48,019 nt of DNA. It comes from Burkholderiales bacterium. Lineage in GTDB: Bacteria > Pseudomonadota > Gammaproteobacteria > Burkholderiales > JACMKV01. The DNA lies in assembly GCA_013695435.1 (NCBI GenBank), contig JACDAM010000060.1:1-48019 (forward strand), written 5' to 3'. The notes beneath the pieces are model-generated. The model ran no database searches, was not told the DNA's origin, and worked only from the letters and a program-made list of their open reading frames with translations. Positions 31,942 to 40,709 of the stretch are shown one piece after another; position 1 is the stretch's first letter; every line of letters begins with the position of its first letter. Position numbers and translations under genes: made by a program.

Positions 31942-32359
31942 GGCGGTGAATTACGATGCTGCGCCGATCGATCGGCGCGCGCCCATCTCAGGGCAGTTGA
32001 GCTGTCTCCATGCGCTGCATGGATGACCGCGGTTTTGCGGGCCAGATGCCTGGAGCCGCGGTGATTATCGTAAAACCGGGGGTTGGCGCCATTGGCGAGC
32101 CGCGGCCTCTGCGCCGAATACACCATCGCCCCATTCGATCACATTCGGATAGATTTCAGAATCCGCCGTTTGCTCATAATCTTTTCCGGCATCAACGTGA
32201 TTATGGCTTTCTGCGCTTTACGCCAAGGCGTGCGCTGACTCGACAGAAAAAGGTTTTTTCCGAGCTGATTGACTGATCGTCGAGCCGCCGGCACTGATGC
32301 GGCCGTGGCGGAGATTGGTATCGAGCGCGTGCTTGGGGCCTGTTCACGCCATTCCGGGA

Positions 32360-33250
32360 TCAGTTCCGGCCGCGGGTTTCGTCGACGTGCGCGCCAATTC
32401 GCGCGCGGCCGCCGATCGCCGCGATGACGCTTTGCGTTTCAGGGCGCATGCCGCGCCAGATAAAGAACGATTCGGCAGCCTGTTCGACCAGCATGCCGAG
32501 CCCATCGGCAACGCGCGCGCCGTGGTGCTGGGCAAAGCCCAAAAATGGCGTCAGCCCCTTACCGTACATCAGATCGTAAGCGAGCGCAGCGGGCGCGAAC
32601 ACGCTGTCGATGAGCCCCAGATCAGCGCCGGCCAGGCTGCTCGAAGTGGCGTTGATGACAAGGTCGAAGCCTTCGGGGAGCGTTTGCAGAGGGTGGGCAG
32701 TCAATTCTGGGCGCTTCGGATCATTGCTTGCGCCACCGCAATCGGCTAACTCGACGCTGAATTCGCGGCAAAGCGTTTTTGCGGTTTCGAATGTGCGATT
32801 GGCGACCGCAATCCGGGCCGGGGCTGCTTCGATCAGCGGCGCCAATATGCCGCGCGCCGCGCCGCCAGCGCCCAGGATCAGCACCCGCCGACCGCCTATT
32901 TCAAAGCCGAGATTCGTCTGCAAATCGCGCAGCAAGCCGACGCCGTCGGTGTTATCGCCGGCGATGTCATCTCCATCAAAAACCAGTGTATTGACAGCGC
33001 CGGCCCTTTGCGCCCGTTCGCTGACGCTGGTCGCCAATTTGCAGGCTTCGCGCTTGAACGGCACGGTTATGTTCAAGCCTTTGCCTCCGCTGCTTTGAAA
33101 TTGGCGAACGACTGCGACGAATTCGCCCGCCTCGGCGTGCAGCCTGGTATAGGCGATATCCTGCCCGGTCTGGCGCGCGAATTCGGCATGGATTGCCGGC
33201 GACAAGCTGTGCGTAACCGGATTGCCGACGACGGCATAGCGATCGGTCAT
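32360..33250 (-). CDS. aroE: Shikimate dehydrogenase.
   Basis: YAVVGNPVTHSLSPAIHAEFARQTG N-terminus, then NITVPFK, GDNTDGVG and ILGAGGAARG. Confidence 0.93.
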   Translation of the reverse strand: MTDRYAVVGNPVTHSLSPAIHAEFARQTGQDIAYTRLHAEAGEFVAVVRQFQSSGGKGLNITVPFKREACKLATSVSERAQRAGAVNTLVFDGDDIAGDNTDGVGLLRDLQTNLGFEIGGRRVLILGAGGAARGILAPLIEAAPARIAVANRTFETAKTLCREFSVELADCGGASNDPKRPELTAHPLQTLPEGFDLVINATSSSLAGADLGLIDSVFAPAALAYDLMYGKGLTPFLGFAQHHGARVADGLGMLVEQAAESFFIWRGMRPETQSVIAAIGGRARIGAHVDETRGRN

Positions 33251-33289
33251 GTGGAAACCCGTTGAAGAACCCGAACAGCGGAGGAGGCG

Positions 33290-34294
33290 CTATTCGCCTT
33301 GCAACTGGTCGGCGCGGGTGAACGTCCAGGTTCGCGTGATGACGATAATGTCGGTATCGCGCGAAATGTCGGCCGGGAAAGCGGCGAACGGCGTCGCCAG
33401 CTTGATCACGCGCAGCGCTGCTGAATCGAGCACTTTGTGGCCGGACGAGCGATTTATTTCGGCGTGTTCGACGCTGCCGTCGGCGCGTATCGAAACCGTC
33501 AATTGCAGACTGCCGTTGATCTTGTCGCGCCGCGCCTCGCCAGGATAGTTCAGGTTGCCGACGCGCTCGACCTTGGTGCGCCAGTCTTCGACATACCGCG
33601 CGAAGTGGAATTCCTTGGCGCGCGCACCAATAAACTTGCGCTTCGGGCGCTGCTGGTAATTGTCCCAATCCTTGTGGATCTGCGCTTCGAGGCGGGCGAT
33701 TTCCATGCTTTTCTGGATCAGGTCGACCGCCCTCTTTGGCTCTTCGACCTTTTCCGGCTGCGCTTCGGGCTTTGGCTCTGGCTGCTCGACGATCGGTTTG
33801 GCCTTAACCTGCGTCATCAGCTTTTTTGCCTGCTTTTCAAGCTGTTCGACGCGCTTTGATTGCGCGTTCAAGGTTGGCTCTGGCTTCGGTTGTGGCGTCG
33901 GCTGCGCCGGCAAGGGGCTTTTGGCGCGCCGCTTGGCGTCGGTATTGCCGCCGCCGTCTAGATTGGTCTGCGCGAGTGTGTCGGCTTTCGGCGGCTTCAC
34001 CGCAGATTTGCTATTGACCAGCACGACTTCGAGCGGCGGCGTGAAATTGTTTTCCCTCTTTTTGTCCGGCGCCTTGAAGTGCACGAGCAGGAACGCGCCG
34101 TGCAGAGCGATCGACAGCGCGAGCGCTATGGCCAGCATGCGGTCGGCGAACGTCGTTTGGCGCGACGTTTCGATGATGGCCGCTCCATCGGGAAAGCGAT
34201 GAACCTTTCCAGCAGTACGACCGGTTACGCCGCGGGCGCCGCGATCAGTACGCGGACCAGACCTGGCTTCGGTCGCCAATAGTGCCTTTTTCAT
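33290..34294 (-). CDS. TonB-family C-terminal-domain protein (energy-transducer-like).
   Basis: One TM segment (MLAIALALSIALHGAFLLV), a Pro/Lys/Glu-rich spacer, and a C-terminal TonB domain (YPGEARRDKINGSLQLTVSIRADGSVEHAEINRSSGHKVLDSAALRVIK). I chose the ATG at 34294. The track's longest start is GTG 34399. Confidence 0.8.
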   Translation of the reverse strand: MKKALLATEARSGPRTDRGARGVTGRTAGKVHRFPDGAAIIETSRQTTFADRMLAIALALSIALHGAFLLVHFKAPDKKRENNFTPPLEVVLVNSKSAVKPPKADTLAQTNLDGGGNTDAKRRAKSPLPAQPTPQPKPEPTLNAQSKRVEQLEKQAKKLMTQVKAKPIVEQPEPKPEAQPEKVEEPKRAVDLIQKSMEIARLEAQIHKDWDNYQQRPKRKFIGARAKEFHFARYVEDWRTKVERVGNLNYPGEARRDKINGSLQLTVSIRADGSVEHAEINRSSGHKVLDSAALRVIKLATPFAAFPADISRDTDIIVITRTWTFTRADQLQGE

Positions 34295-34405
34295 GCGGAT
34301 TGGGGTCCAACTCGTCGGGGCGTCGAAAAACGGCACTCCAAGAACCCGCGCCGCAACTTTTGCCAAACCGCAAGCATAGTCCGCGCACAAACTTCGCACA
34401 ATACT

Positions 34406-36289
34406 TTAAGTAATTGGGGATGGGATCCCGGACGTGGTTTTGCGTACGAAGCGGCAAGACACCGTCAGCTCGAACAGATCGATTTGCGAAACCTCGACTT
34501 CAACCTCTGTGCCGGGATTCAGGTCGGGCAGCGAGGGCGCGCGCACGTAAAGCGGTACGTGCGCAAGCTTGATCAGGTTTTCCCTGACGACGCTTGCAAT
34601 GCTCGATTCAACGTTTTCCTGGAGCAGCCAGCGCAGGCACCAGTAGCGCTCCATGGTCTTCTGAAAGTCGCCATAAGCCGCATACGTCAGATCGAAATCG
34701 CGCATCGCGGTCAGCAATTCGTCGCTATGGTTGCTGTAGCTGACCGGCGTTTTCGCAATCCATGAAATCAACTGGCGTTGATTGATCAGATCGATATAAC
34801 GGCGCAGCGGCGAACTCGCCCATACGTATTGGGCAACGCCGAGGCCCTGGTGCGGCTGCGGCTCGGTCGTCATTTTTACCTTGCCGTTGCCTTGTGCACG
34901 GTAAATCGCGGCGATGCCGTGTTCGGCAAGCTGCCGCCCCCATTCGGCGTTGGCGAAAATCATCATTTCGGCGACGACTTTGTCGACCGGCGAGCCGCGG
35001 CGACGCTCGACGATACTGATGCGGTCAGTCTCGACGTAAAAGCTGTAGTCGCTATTTTGCGGAACAGCGCTTTTGCCGCGATCCTGCTCAAGCCTGTTGG
35101 CGAGATGCCAAAGCACACGCAATGGCCCGGCGAACGGGTATTCGCGCTCGTCGTTTGCGATCGACGCTTCGTTGAACAACGCTTCCAGGCTGTCGTGGCG
35201 CAGATTGGCGGCGATGTTGACTTTTTCAAGGCGGCTCTCCGAGGTCAGGACGGAATAATCCGCCGCAACATTGAGATAAAGCGACAACACCGGCCGCACT
35301 TCGCCCGCAGTCAACGAAAACGGTTGCACCACGTGCTCCGGCAGCATGGTGATTTTGCGCCCGGGCATATAGACGGTCGACAAACGCTGGCGCGCAGCTG
35401 CGTCGATCGCCGAATCGGCGCTGAAGCCGAGCGCAGGCGCTGCGATATGGATACCGACACGCCAGCCGCCGGCCGGCAGCGCGGCAACGGAGAACGCGTC
35501 GTCGATTTCGGTCGTCGTCGTATCGTCGATGCTGAATGCGCCGACCTCGGCAAGCGGCAGATCGTCCGGCACCTGACTTTCCGGCGAATCTTTCGTCCTG
35601 AATTCCGAAAAATCCGGAAACGCGACGCCGTTCGGAAAAAACTCGAACAGAAAACGATCGAAGTGATAATCGTGCGCCGATGGCAATGCGCCGCATTTTT
35701 CGAGCAGGCGCGGCACCGTCATCTGGGTCGCCGCGCGCGCCGCCTCCAAGGCCTTATAGATCAGTGTGTTTTTGTCGGGCGCATAAAGAAGTTGCTGCAG
35801 ATGCGGCCTGAATTCTTCGGGCAGCGTGAAGCTGGCCAATTGGGTGGCGAGCCGCTCCAGTTCGGCCGCCTGCAACTTTCTTTTCTCGATCGCCGCGAGT
35901 GCTGATTTCAGCGATTCCGGCGGCGCTGCCTTATAGTGGCCGCGGCCTTTCTTGTAGAAATGGACCGGCGAGGTATGCAGCCGGATCAGAACGCCGGCCG
36001 CTTCGACCGGGCGCGGCCTGGCGCCGAAGTATTCCAGGGCGAGATCCTCGAACGAGAATTCAGCCTGCGGCGAGCATTCCCACAAGAAATCCGTATCGAT
36101 TTCTTCGGCGACGTTGTTGGCGAGCGGCATGAATTCCGGCAGCGAAGGCTGCTCGAAATGCAGCAGCACCGCATTCGACTTGATTTTGCTGCGCTTGCCG
36201 TGCGGCGCCTCTACTTGCAGGGATGAATTGTTGTCGGCGAGCACGGCGCCGACCTTGAAGCTGCCGTCTTCTTCGTAAAAAACATTCAT
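34406..36289 (-). CDS. RNB-domain 3'-5' exoribonuclease (RNase II/VacB family).
   Basis: 627 aa with the RNB catalytic motif region (FSIDDTTTTEIDDAFSV ... VYMPGRKITMLP ... SSPLRRYIDLINQRQL). Confidence 0.88.
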   Translation of the reverse strand: MNVFYEEDGSFKVGAVLADNNSSLQVEAPHGKRSKIKSNAVLLHFEQPSLPEFMPLANNVAEEIDTDFLWECSPQAEFSFEDLALEYFGARPRPVEAAGVLIRLHTSPVHFYKKGRGHYKAAPPESLKSALAAIEKRKLQAAELERLATQLASFTLPEEFRPHLQQLLYAPDKNTLIYKALEAARAATQMTVPRLLEKCGALPSAHDYHFDRFLFEFFPNGVAFPDFSEFRTKDSPESQVPDDLPLAEVGAFSIDDTTTTEIDDAFSVAALPAGGWRVGIHIAAPALGFSADSAIDAAARQRLSTVYMPGRKITMLPEHVVQPFSLTAGEVRPVLSLYLNVAADYSVLTSESRLEKVNIAANLRHDSLEALFNEASIANDEREYPFAGPLRVLWHLANRLEQDRGKSAVPQNSDYSFYVETDRISIVERRRGSPVDKVVAEMMIFANAEWGRQLAEHGIAAIYRAQGNGKVKMTTEPQPHQGLGVAQYVWASSPLRRYIDLINQRQLISWIAKTPVSYSNHSDELLTAMRDFDLTYAAYGDFQKTMERYWCLRWLLQENVESSIASVVRENLIKLAHVPLYVRAPSLPDLNPGTEVEVEVSQIDLFELTVSCRFVRKTTSGIPSPIT

Positions 36290-36354
36290 GAATGGGAATG
36301 AGGCGCAACGCGCTGAGCCGAAAAACGAAGGCGGGAGAACGAAAAACCAGCGCG

Positions 36355-36360
36355 ATTATA
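36355..36360 (-). promoter_or_regulatory. Candidate -10 box (TATAAT on the minus strand) upstream of the RNase II-family gene.
   Basis: The minus strand reads ggctgcggTATAATcgcg about 65 nt upstream of the ATG at 36289. There is no convincing -35. Confidence 0.25.
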
Positions 36361-36406
36361 CCGCAGCCGCCACACGCTCCTGTTTGCGCCGCGAAGCGCA
36401 TTTCGG

Positions 36407-36976
36407 CTATTTTTGTTCGAGAAATTCGAGAATTGGCGCGATGTAATTCTCGAAACCCACAAAGCTGTGGTCGCCGCCGTCGATTACGACTTGCCTCGCG
36501 CCATAGTATTTTTTCATCGCGGCTCGGTAGTCGAGCACCTCGTCACCGGTCTGGGTCAGGAGCAGATAGCGCTCGGGTTTCTTCAACTTCGCGACGTCGA
36601 ACTGGCGTAATTGCTCGACGAGTTGCATGGTCAGCGTATATTGCACGCCGCTGTGGAAGTTTTTCTGCGCGCCGACAAAATCGCGCAGCAGGTCAAAAGG
36701 ATTTACGGCCGGATTCACCAGCGCTGCTTTCAGATCGTATTTTTCGGCCAGCCAGGTCGCGTAATAGCCGCCCATCGAACTTCCGACCAGGCCAATCCGC
36801 TCGCCGCCGTGTTGTTCGATCTCCTGCTTGGCTACGTTTATAGCCGACGTCGGCGAAACGGGCAGGGCCGGGCAGACGAACTCATCGCCGCGGCCCAGCC
36901 GCCGCAGGTGCTCGGCGAAAACACGCGCCTTGAAAGACGAGGGCGAACTGTTGAAGCCGTGCAGATATAGGAGCAA
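36407..36976 (-). CDS. yqiA: YqiA-family (UPF0227) alpha/beta-fold esterase.
   Basis: LLYLHGFNSSPSSFKA at the N-terminus, a nucleophile elbow (LVGSSMGGYYA) and a C-terminal GGDHSF. I chose TTG 36976 by analogy with short YqiA N-termini. The track start, TTG 37042, overlaps the mpl stop. Confidence 0.85.
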   Translation of the reverse strand: MLLYLHGFNSSPSSFKARVFAEHLRRLGRGDEFVCPALPVSPTSAINVAKQEIEQHGGERIGLVGSSMGGYYATWLAEKYDLKAALVNPAVNPFDLLRDFVGAQKNFHSGVQYTLTMQLVEQLRQFDVAKLKKPERYLLLTQTGDEVLDYRAAMKKYYGARQVVIDGGDHSFVGFENYIAPILEFLEQK

Positions 36977-37038
36977 GCGCCGAACTGCGGGATCAAGCGC
37001 CGATCTGGGAAATCGCGGCCGGGCAATCAAGCCACAAA

Positions 37039-38436
37039 TCAAGCACGCCTTGCGCTGGGAGCGGCCGCGCTTTGCAGCGCCGTCAACAGTTTTTCGTGAA
37101 TACCGCCGAAACCGCCGTTACTCATGATGAGCACATGGTCGCCGGCGCGCGCGGCCGCAACGATGGCGACGACGAGTTCCGCCAAATCGCCGTGCAAACG
37201 CAGTTTGCTGCCAAGCGGCGCCAGCGCACCCTGCACGTCCCAGCCGAGATTGGCTGTGTAGCAGAATACCTGGTCAGCAGCGCCGAGACTGCCGCCGAGA
37301 TCGTCGCGCCAGACCCCCATTTTCATCGTGTTCGAGCGCGGCTCCAGAACGGCGAGCACGCGCGCGGCGCCGACCTTTTTCCGCAATCCGGCCAGCGTAT
37401 GGCGAATGGCGGTCGGGTGATGGGCGAAGTCGTCGTAGACGGTGACGCCGTCGATTACGCCGCGCACCTCCATCCGGCGCTTCACGTTTTGAAACTCGCC
37501 GAGCGCAGCAATTCCGGTCGCGACCGGGACACCGGCGTGGCGGGCAGCGGCCAGCGCGGCGAGCGCATTCATGCGATTGTGCTCGCCCAGCAAAGGCCAC
37601 GCGAGGACGCCCTCGCCTTTGCCTGCAAACGAAATCGCGACGTTTTCGTCTTCTCCCGCTTCAGCCTGCCAACCCTCCTCGACCCCGAGCGCTTCGATCG
37701 GTGTCCAGCAACCCTTAGCCAGCACGCGCTTCAAGCTGTCCTCCCTGCCGTTGACGACAACCAGTCCGTCACTCGGAACGATACGTACGAAATGATGGAA
37801 TTGCTGCTCGATCGCAGCAAGATCGGCGAAGATGTCCGCATGATCGAACTCCAAATTGTTTAGGACCGCAGTTCTGGCAAGGTAGTGAACGAATTTCGAT
37901 CGCTTGTCGAAAAAGGCGGTGTCGTATTCATCGGCTTCCATGACGAAGAAATCCGGGATTTGACGCGGGCTTGGGAGGCCGTGCGCCCCCAGCCGCGCCG
38001 ATACCCCGAAGTTCTGCGGGACGCCGCCGATCAGGAATCCCGGTTGCAATCCGGCATATTCGAGGATCCAGGCCAGCATCGATGATGTTGTCGTCTTGCC
38101 GTGGGTGCCGGCGACTGCGAGCACCCATTTACCGCGCAACACATTCTCGGCCAGCCATTGCGGTCCGGAAATGAACGGCAGTCCGCGATTCAGGATTTCC
38201 TCCATCAGCGGATTGCCGCGCGTGACGACATTGCCGATAACAAAAACGTCGGGCTTGACATCGATCTGAGCCGGGTCGAACCCTTCGATCAGCTCTATAC
38301 CCTGTGCTCGCAACTGCGTACTCATTGGTGGATAGACGTTGGCGTCGCAACCCGTGACCCTGTGCCCGCTTTGCTGCGCGAGCACCGCAACTCCGCCCAT
38401 GAACGAGCCGCAAATGCCGAGAATGTGGATATGCAT
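37039..38436 (-). CDS. mpl: UDP-N-acetylmuramate:L-alanyl-gamma-D-glutamyl-meso-diaminopimelate ligase (murein peptide recycling ligase).
   Basis: MHIHILGICGSFMGGVAVLA N-terminus, the Mur ligase P-loop (AVAGTHGKTTTSSM), 465 aa. Confidence 0.93.
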   Translation of the reverse strand: MHIHILGICGSFMGGVAVLAQQSGHRVTGCDANVYPPMSTQLRAQGIELIEGFDPAQIDVKPDVFVIGNVVTRGNPLMEEILNRGLPFISGPQWLAENVLRGKWVLAVAGTHGKTTTSSMLAWILEYAGLQPGFLIGGVPQNFGVSARLGAHGLPSPRQIPDFFVMEADEYDTAFFDKRSKFVHYLARTAVLNNLEFDHADIFADLAAIEQQFHHFVRIVPSDGLVVVNGREDSLKRVLAKGCWTPIEALGVEEGWQAEAGEDENVAISFAGKGEGVLAWPLLGEHNRMNALAALAAARHAGVPVATGIAALGEFQNVKRRMEVRGVIDGVTVYDDFAHHPTAIRHTLAGLRKKVGAARVLAVLEPRSNTMKMGVWRDDLGGSLGAADQVFCYTANLGWDVQGALAPLGSKLRLHGDLAELVVAIVAAARAGDHVLIMSNGGFGGIHEKLLTALQSAAAPSARRA

Positions 38437-38441
38437 GAAAT

Positions 38442-38505
38442 GTTGTCATTCCTGCGAAGGCAGGAATTTAGTTAAAGGTTGTTGTCATTCCTGCGCAAGC
38501 AGGAG
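38442..38505. repeat. Two tandem copies (39-nt spacing) of a REP-like palindromic element, GTTGTCATTCCTGCG-N-GCAGGA.
   Basis: Copy 1, 38442-38467, has the stem attcctgc/gcaggaat and loop gaag. Copy 2, 38481-38505, has the stem tcctgc/gcagga and loop gcaa. They lie between the SIMPL gene stop and the mpl start. Confidence 0.7.
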
Positions 38506-38524
38506 CCGGTACGTATTTGGCGCG

Positions 38525-39217
38525 CTAATCGATTTCGATCGCCCCGTTAACTGACACGGTGACTTCACTCGTGCCGGCCTGGACGTCGGGCGCGGCAACG
38601 TCCATGCTTTTGGCTTCGGCGCGCGCCAGAAAAGGACGAATCGGTTGCCGGCCGCCGCTATTGACGCTCAGGCGCTGTATCTTGTAAGCGCGCCCATCCA
38701 GCGCCTGCTTTGCAATATCGGCCCGTTCACGAAACCTTGCGATCGCTTCCGTCATCAACTCGTTCTCGGCTTTGCGCCGCGCCTCGTCCGATACCGAAAA
38801 GCCCATCTCGGCCAACTGCATGCTCGATTGCAGTTTGCCGATCAACTTCGAGCCGGCCTCGAAATTTTTCGTTTCCAGCCGCAACTCCGAGCGCATGCGC
38901 CAACCCTGCAACTGGTTATTCTTGCCGTACACCGGATAAGTCTGGGTGTAGCCGCTTTTAACCGTAACGTCCTGAAAATCTTTTGCCGTCTGCAAAGCCT
39001 GATTGACGACCTTGTTCACGCCGTCCGCCACCTGCGCCGGCTCGAAACCGTTCTGCTCGACAAACAGCGTCGCCGTCATCGTGTCGTTCCGCACTTCGCG
39101 CTGGGCTTCGGACTGGAGTTCGACGACGTTGTAGCGCAGCGGGAGTTCATGGGCTTGAACGAGGGCTGGGCTGACCGCGAGCAATATTGCTAGAACAACA
39201 TTATTGAAACGTCTCAT
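38525..39217 (-). CDS. SIMPL-domain (DUF541) periplasmic protein.
   Basis: ATG 39217 gives the signal peptide MRRFNNVVLAILLAVSPALVQA. The body resembles the SIMPL/'oxidative stress defence' family (VELQSEAQREV.NDTMTATL...GTSEVTVSVNGAIEI). Confidence 0.8.
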   Translation of the reverse strand: MRRFNNVVLAILLAVSPALVQAHELPLRYNVVELQSEAQREVRNDTMTATLFVEQNGFEPAQVADGVNKVVNQALQTAKDFQDVTVKSGYTQTYPVYGKNNQLQGWRMRSELRLETKNFEAGSKLIGKLQSSMQLAEMGFSVSDEARRKAENELMTEAIARFRERADIAKQALDGRAYKIQRLSVNSGGRQPIRPFLARAEAKSMDVAAPDVQAGTSEVTVSVNGAIEID

Positions 39218-39418
39218 ATCGGGATTTTTTATGAGATTGAGAATAAACGCCAGACCACCACTGCGAAGCAGGGTTAATTTCCTATTCAAATCAGCAGCTT
39301 GAAGCTTAACTAACTGCGGTCTTGGGGATGGCACATATGATGCGGGAGAGGGTTTATCCCTTCAGGGACCCAGCGCGCGATCTGGTTCAGGCTTTTTTAC
39401 AAGCAGCAGGAGATTAAC

Positions 39419-40588
39419 ATGAACAAACTTATCCTTATGGTTATTGCCCGGCAGCATGCCGTTTTTTCACACATCAAGCTTCGCCCGAGCGGATGACGAC
39501 AAGCGTAAACCCGACACGACCGTCACACTCCAAAACCCGATCCAAGTCACGATCAACTCCAGTTTCATCAGCCCGCGGGCCGAACGCTTTGGCGAAATCT
39601 CTTTGGGCCAAGATGTTTTTATCGCGGGTAATACCGTCTTGCGCGCCGACCCCGGTACAAAGATTTGCATCGGGTCGAAAACGAATATGCAAGACAACAT
39701 TCTGTTCCTGGCGCTGCGCAACCTGCCCGCGCCTGCCACCCGCTGCGGCGAAGTGTCGAGCCGCGTCAAAGACGAGGTCAGCATCGCGCACCAGGCTGTG
39801 ATCCGGGATTCGAGCCTCGGCAATTTCACCTTTATCGGCTTCGCGCGCGTCTGGACAACGTGGTGCTGGGCGACGGCGCGTTCGTACTGCACGGCGCGCA
39901 GTTATCCAATGTACGTATCGGCAAGAATCGCCTCGTGCCGATCGGCGCCGTCATTACGACCCAGGCAGCGGCCGATGCCTTACCGCTGAAATCCGATGCC
40001 AAATCCGAATTCCAGCGTGAAGTGCTCGAAGTGAACGAAGAATTCGCCGAGCACTACAGCGAGCTGTTCGGGGAACAGGGTTTACGATGCCGTAGTGGGT
40101 GTTAGCCCCGCGCCGAGAACCTCGTTCAATCCCGATGAGGTCAAACCGACTTTGGGCGAAAACGCGCGGATCGAACCGTTCGCGCGCCTCGTCAGGGATG
40201 TACGAGTTGGCGCCAATAGCACCATAGGCCGACGCACATCGATACGCGCCGACGAAGGAACGCCGATCGTAATCGGTGAAAATGCCGAGATCGAGGATCG
40301 CGTCACGTTTCATGCGCTAAAAGGCACCAGCATCACAGTCGGCAAAAATGGAGCACCGAGGACAACATCGTTTTCCACGGCCCGCTCGAAGTCGGCGACG
40401 GCTTGACGATCGACGATGATGCGGTGCTGTTCCGGTCCAAGGTCGGCGATAACGTCACCATATTGACCGGCGCGCTGGTCGTGGGCGTCACGCTGCGCGA
40501 CGGCGTCGTCGTTCCGGAAAATGCGGTTATTACGAAGCAGGAGCAGGCGGATAAGCTGCCGGTCGGACCCGATCCGGAACCGAGGTAG
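39419..40588 (+). pseudogene. Secreted tandem (two-domain) Cam-type gamma-carbonic-anhydrase / LbH protein, disrupted by four frameshifts.
   Basis: AGGAG RBS and ATG 39419 (MNKLILMVIA, a signal-peptide-like start). The reading frame alternates 2-0-2-0-2, with shifts near 39447 (CCC run), 39843 (GCGCGCG), 40083 (GGGTTT) and 40350 (A5 run). Domain 1: ...VLRADPGTKICIGSKTNMQDNILFLAL...VSIAHQAVIRDSSLGNFTFIGF/RARLDNVVLGDGAFVLHGAQLSNVRIGKNRLVPIGAVITTQAAADALP. Domain 2: FNPDEVKPTLGENARIEPFARLVRDVRVGANSTIGRRTSIRADEGTPIVIGENAEIEDRVTFHAL...STEDNIVFHGPLEVGDGLTIDDDAVLFRSKVGDNVTILTGALVVGVTLRDGVVVPENAVITKQEQADKLP. Both domains align with Methanosarcina Cam as I recall its sequence. Confidence 0.75.
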
Positions 40589-40709
40589 GGTCGTGATAGC
40601 ACGTTGTAGCTCGGCAAAAGCAAGGACTCTTTACTTGGCGCGCGAGTTGAATCGTTGATGAAGGCGCAAGCGTAATCAGAAAACTCTTGCTTAGCGGTTC
40701 ATGAGCGAT

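Noticed and set aside
32175-32213. A 12-codon mini-ORF (MSKRRILKSIRM, minus strand) in the mgtE leader as a possible leader peptide.
   Set aside because: The RBS spacing is poor (GGAAAAG only 3 nt from the ATG). There are no codon runs suggestive of attenuation, and I cannot assess conservation. The evidence is too weak to annotate.
31942-32359. M-box (ykoK) Mg riboswitch in the mgtE leader.
   Set aside because: I found no match to the conserved M-box core that I could recognise. Only a fortuitous GGCUCC is present. I kept the region as a generic 'long structured leader' finding instead.
40075-40095. Programmed -1 ribosomal frameshift at the slippery-looking G_GGT_TTA heptamer in the gamma-CA gene.
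   Set aside because: The heptamer is in the correct zero-frame phase, but a -1 slip leads to a TAG after 4 codons. The continuing homology is in the +1 frame. Three other frame changes in the same gene have no slippery sites, so mutational or assembly indels are the simpler explanation.
28401-40588. Dismissing all the frameshifts (SorA-like gene, membrane ORF, gamma-CA, TPR) as sequencing errors.
   Set aside because: I cannot fully exclude this, and several shifts do sit in short homopolymer or dinucleotide runs. However, the SorA-like locus also has a nonsense codon and a missing 3' half. In addition, about 40 kb of neighbouring long genes (gltB 4.6 kb, metH 3.7 kb, ponA, priA, pilQ) contain no frame breaks. 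I therefore report them as pseudogenes with a request for read-level verification.
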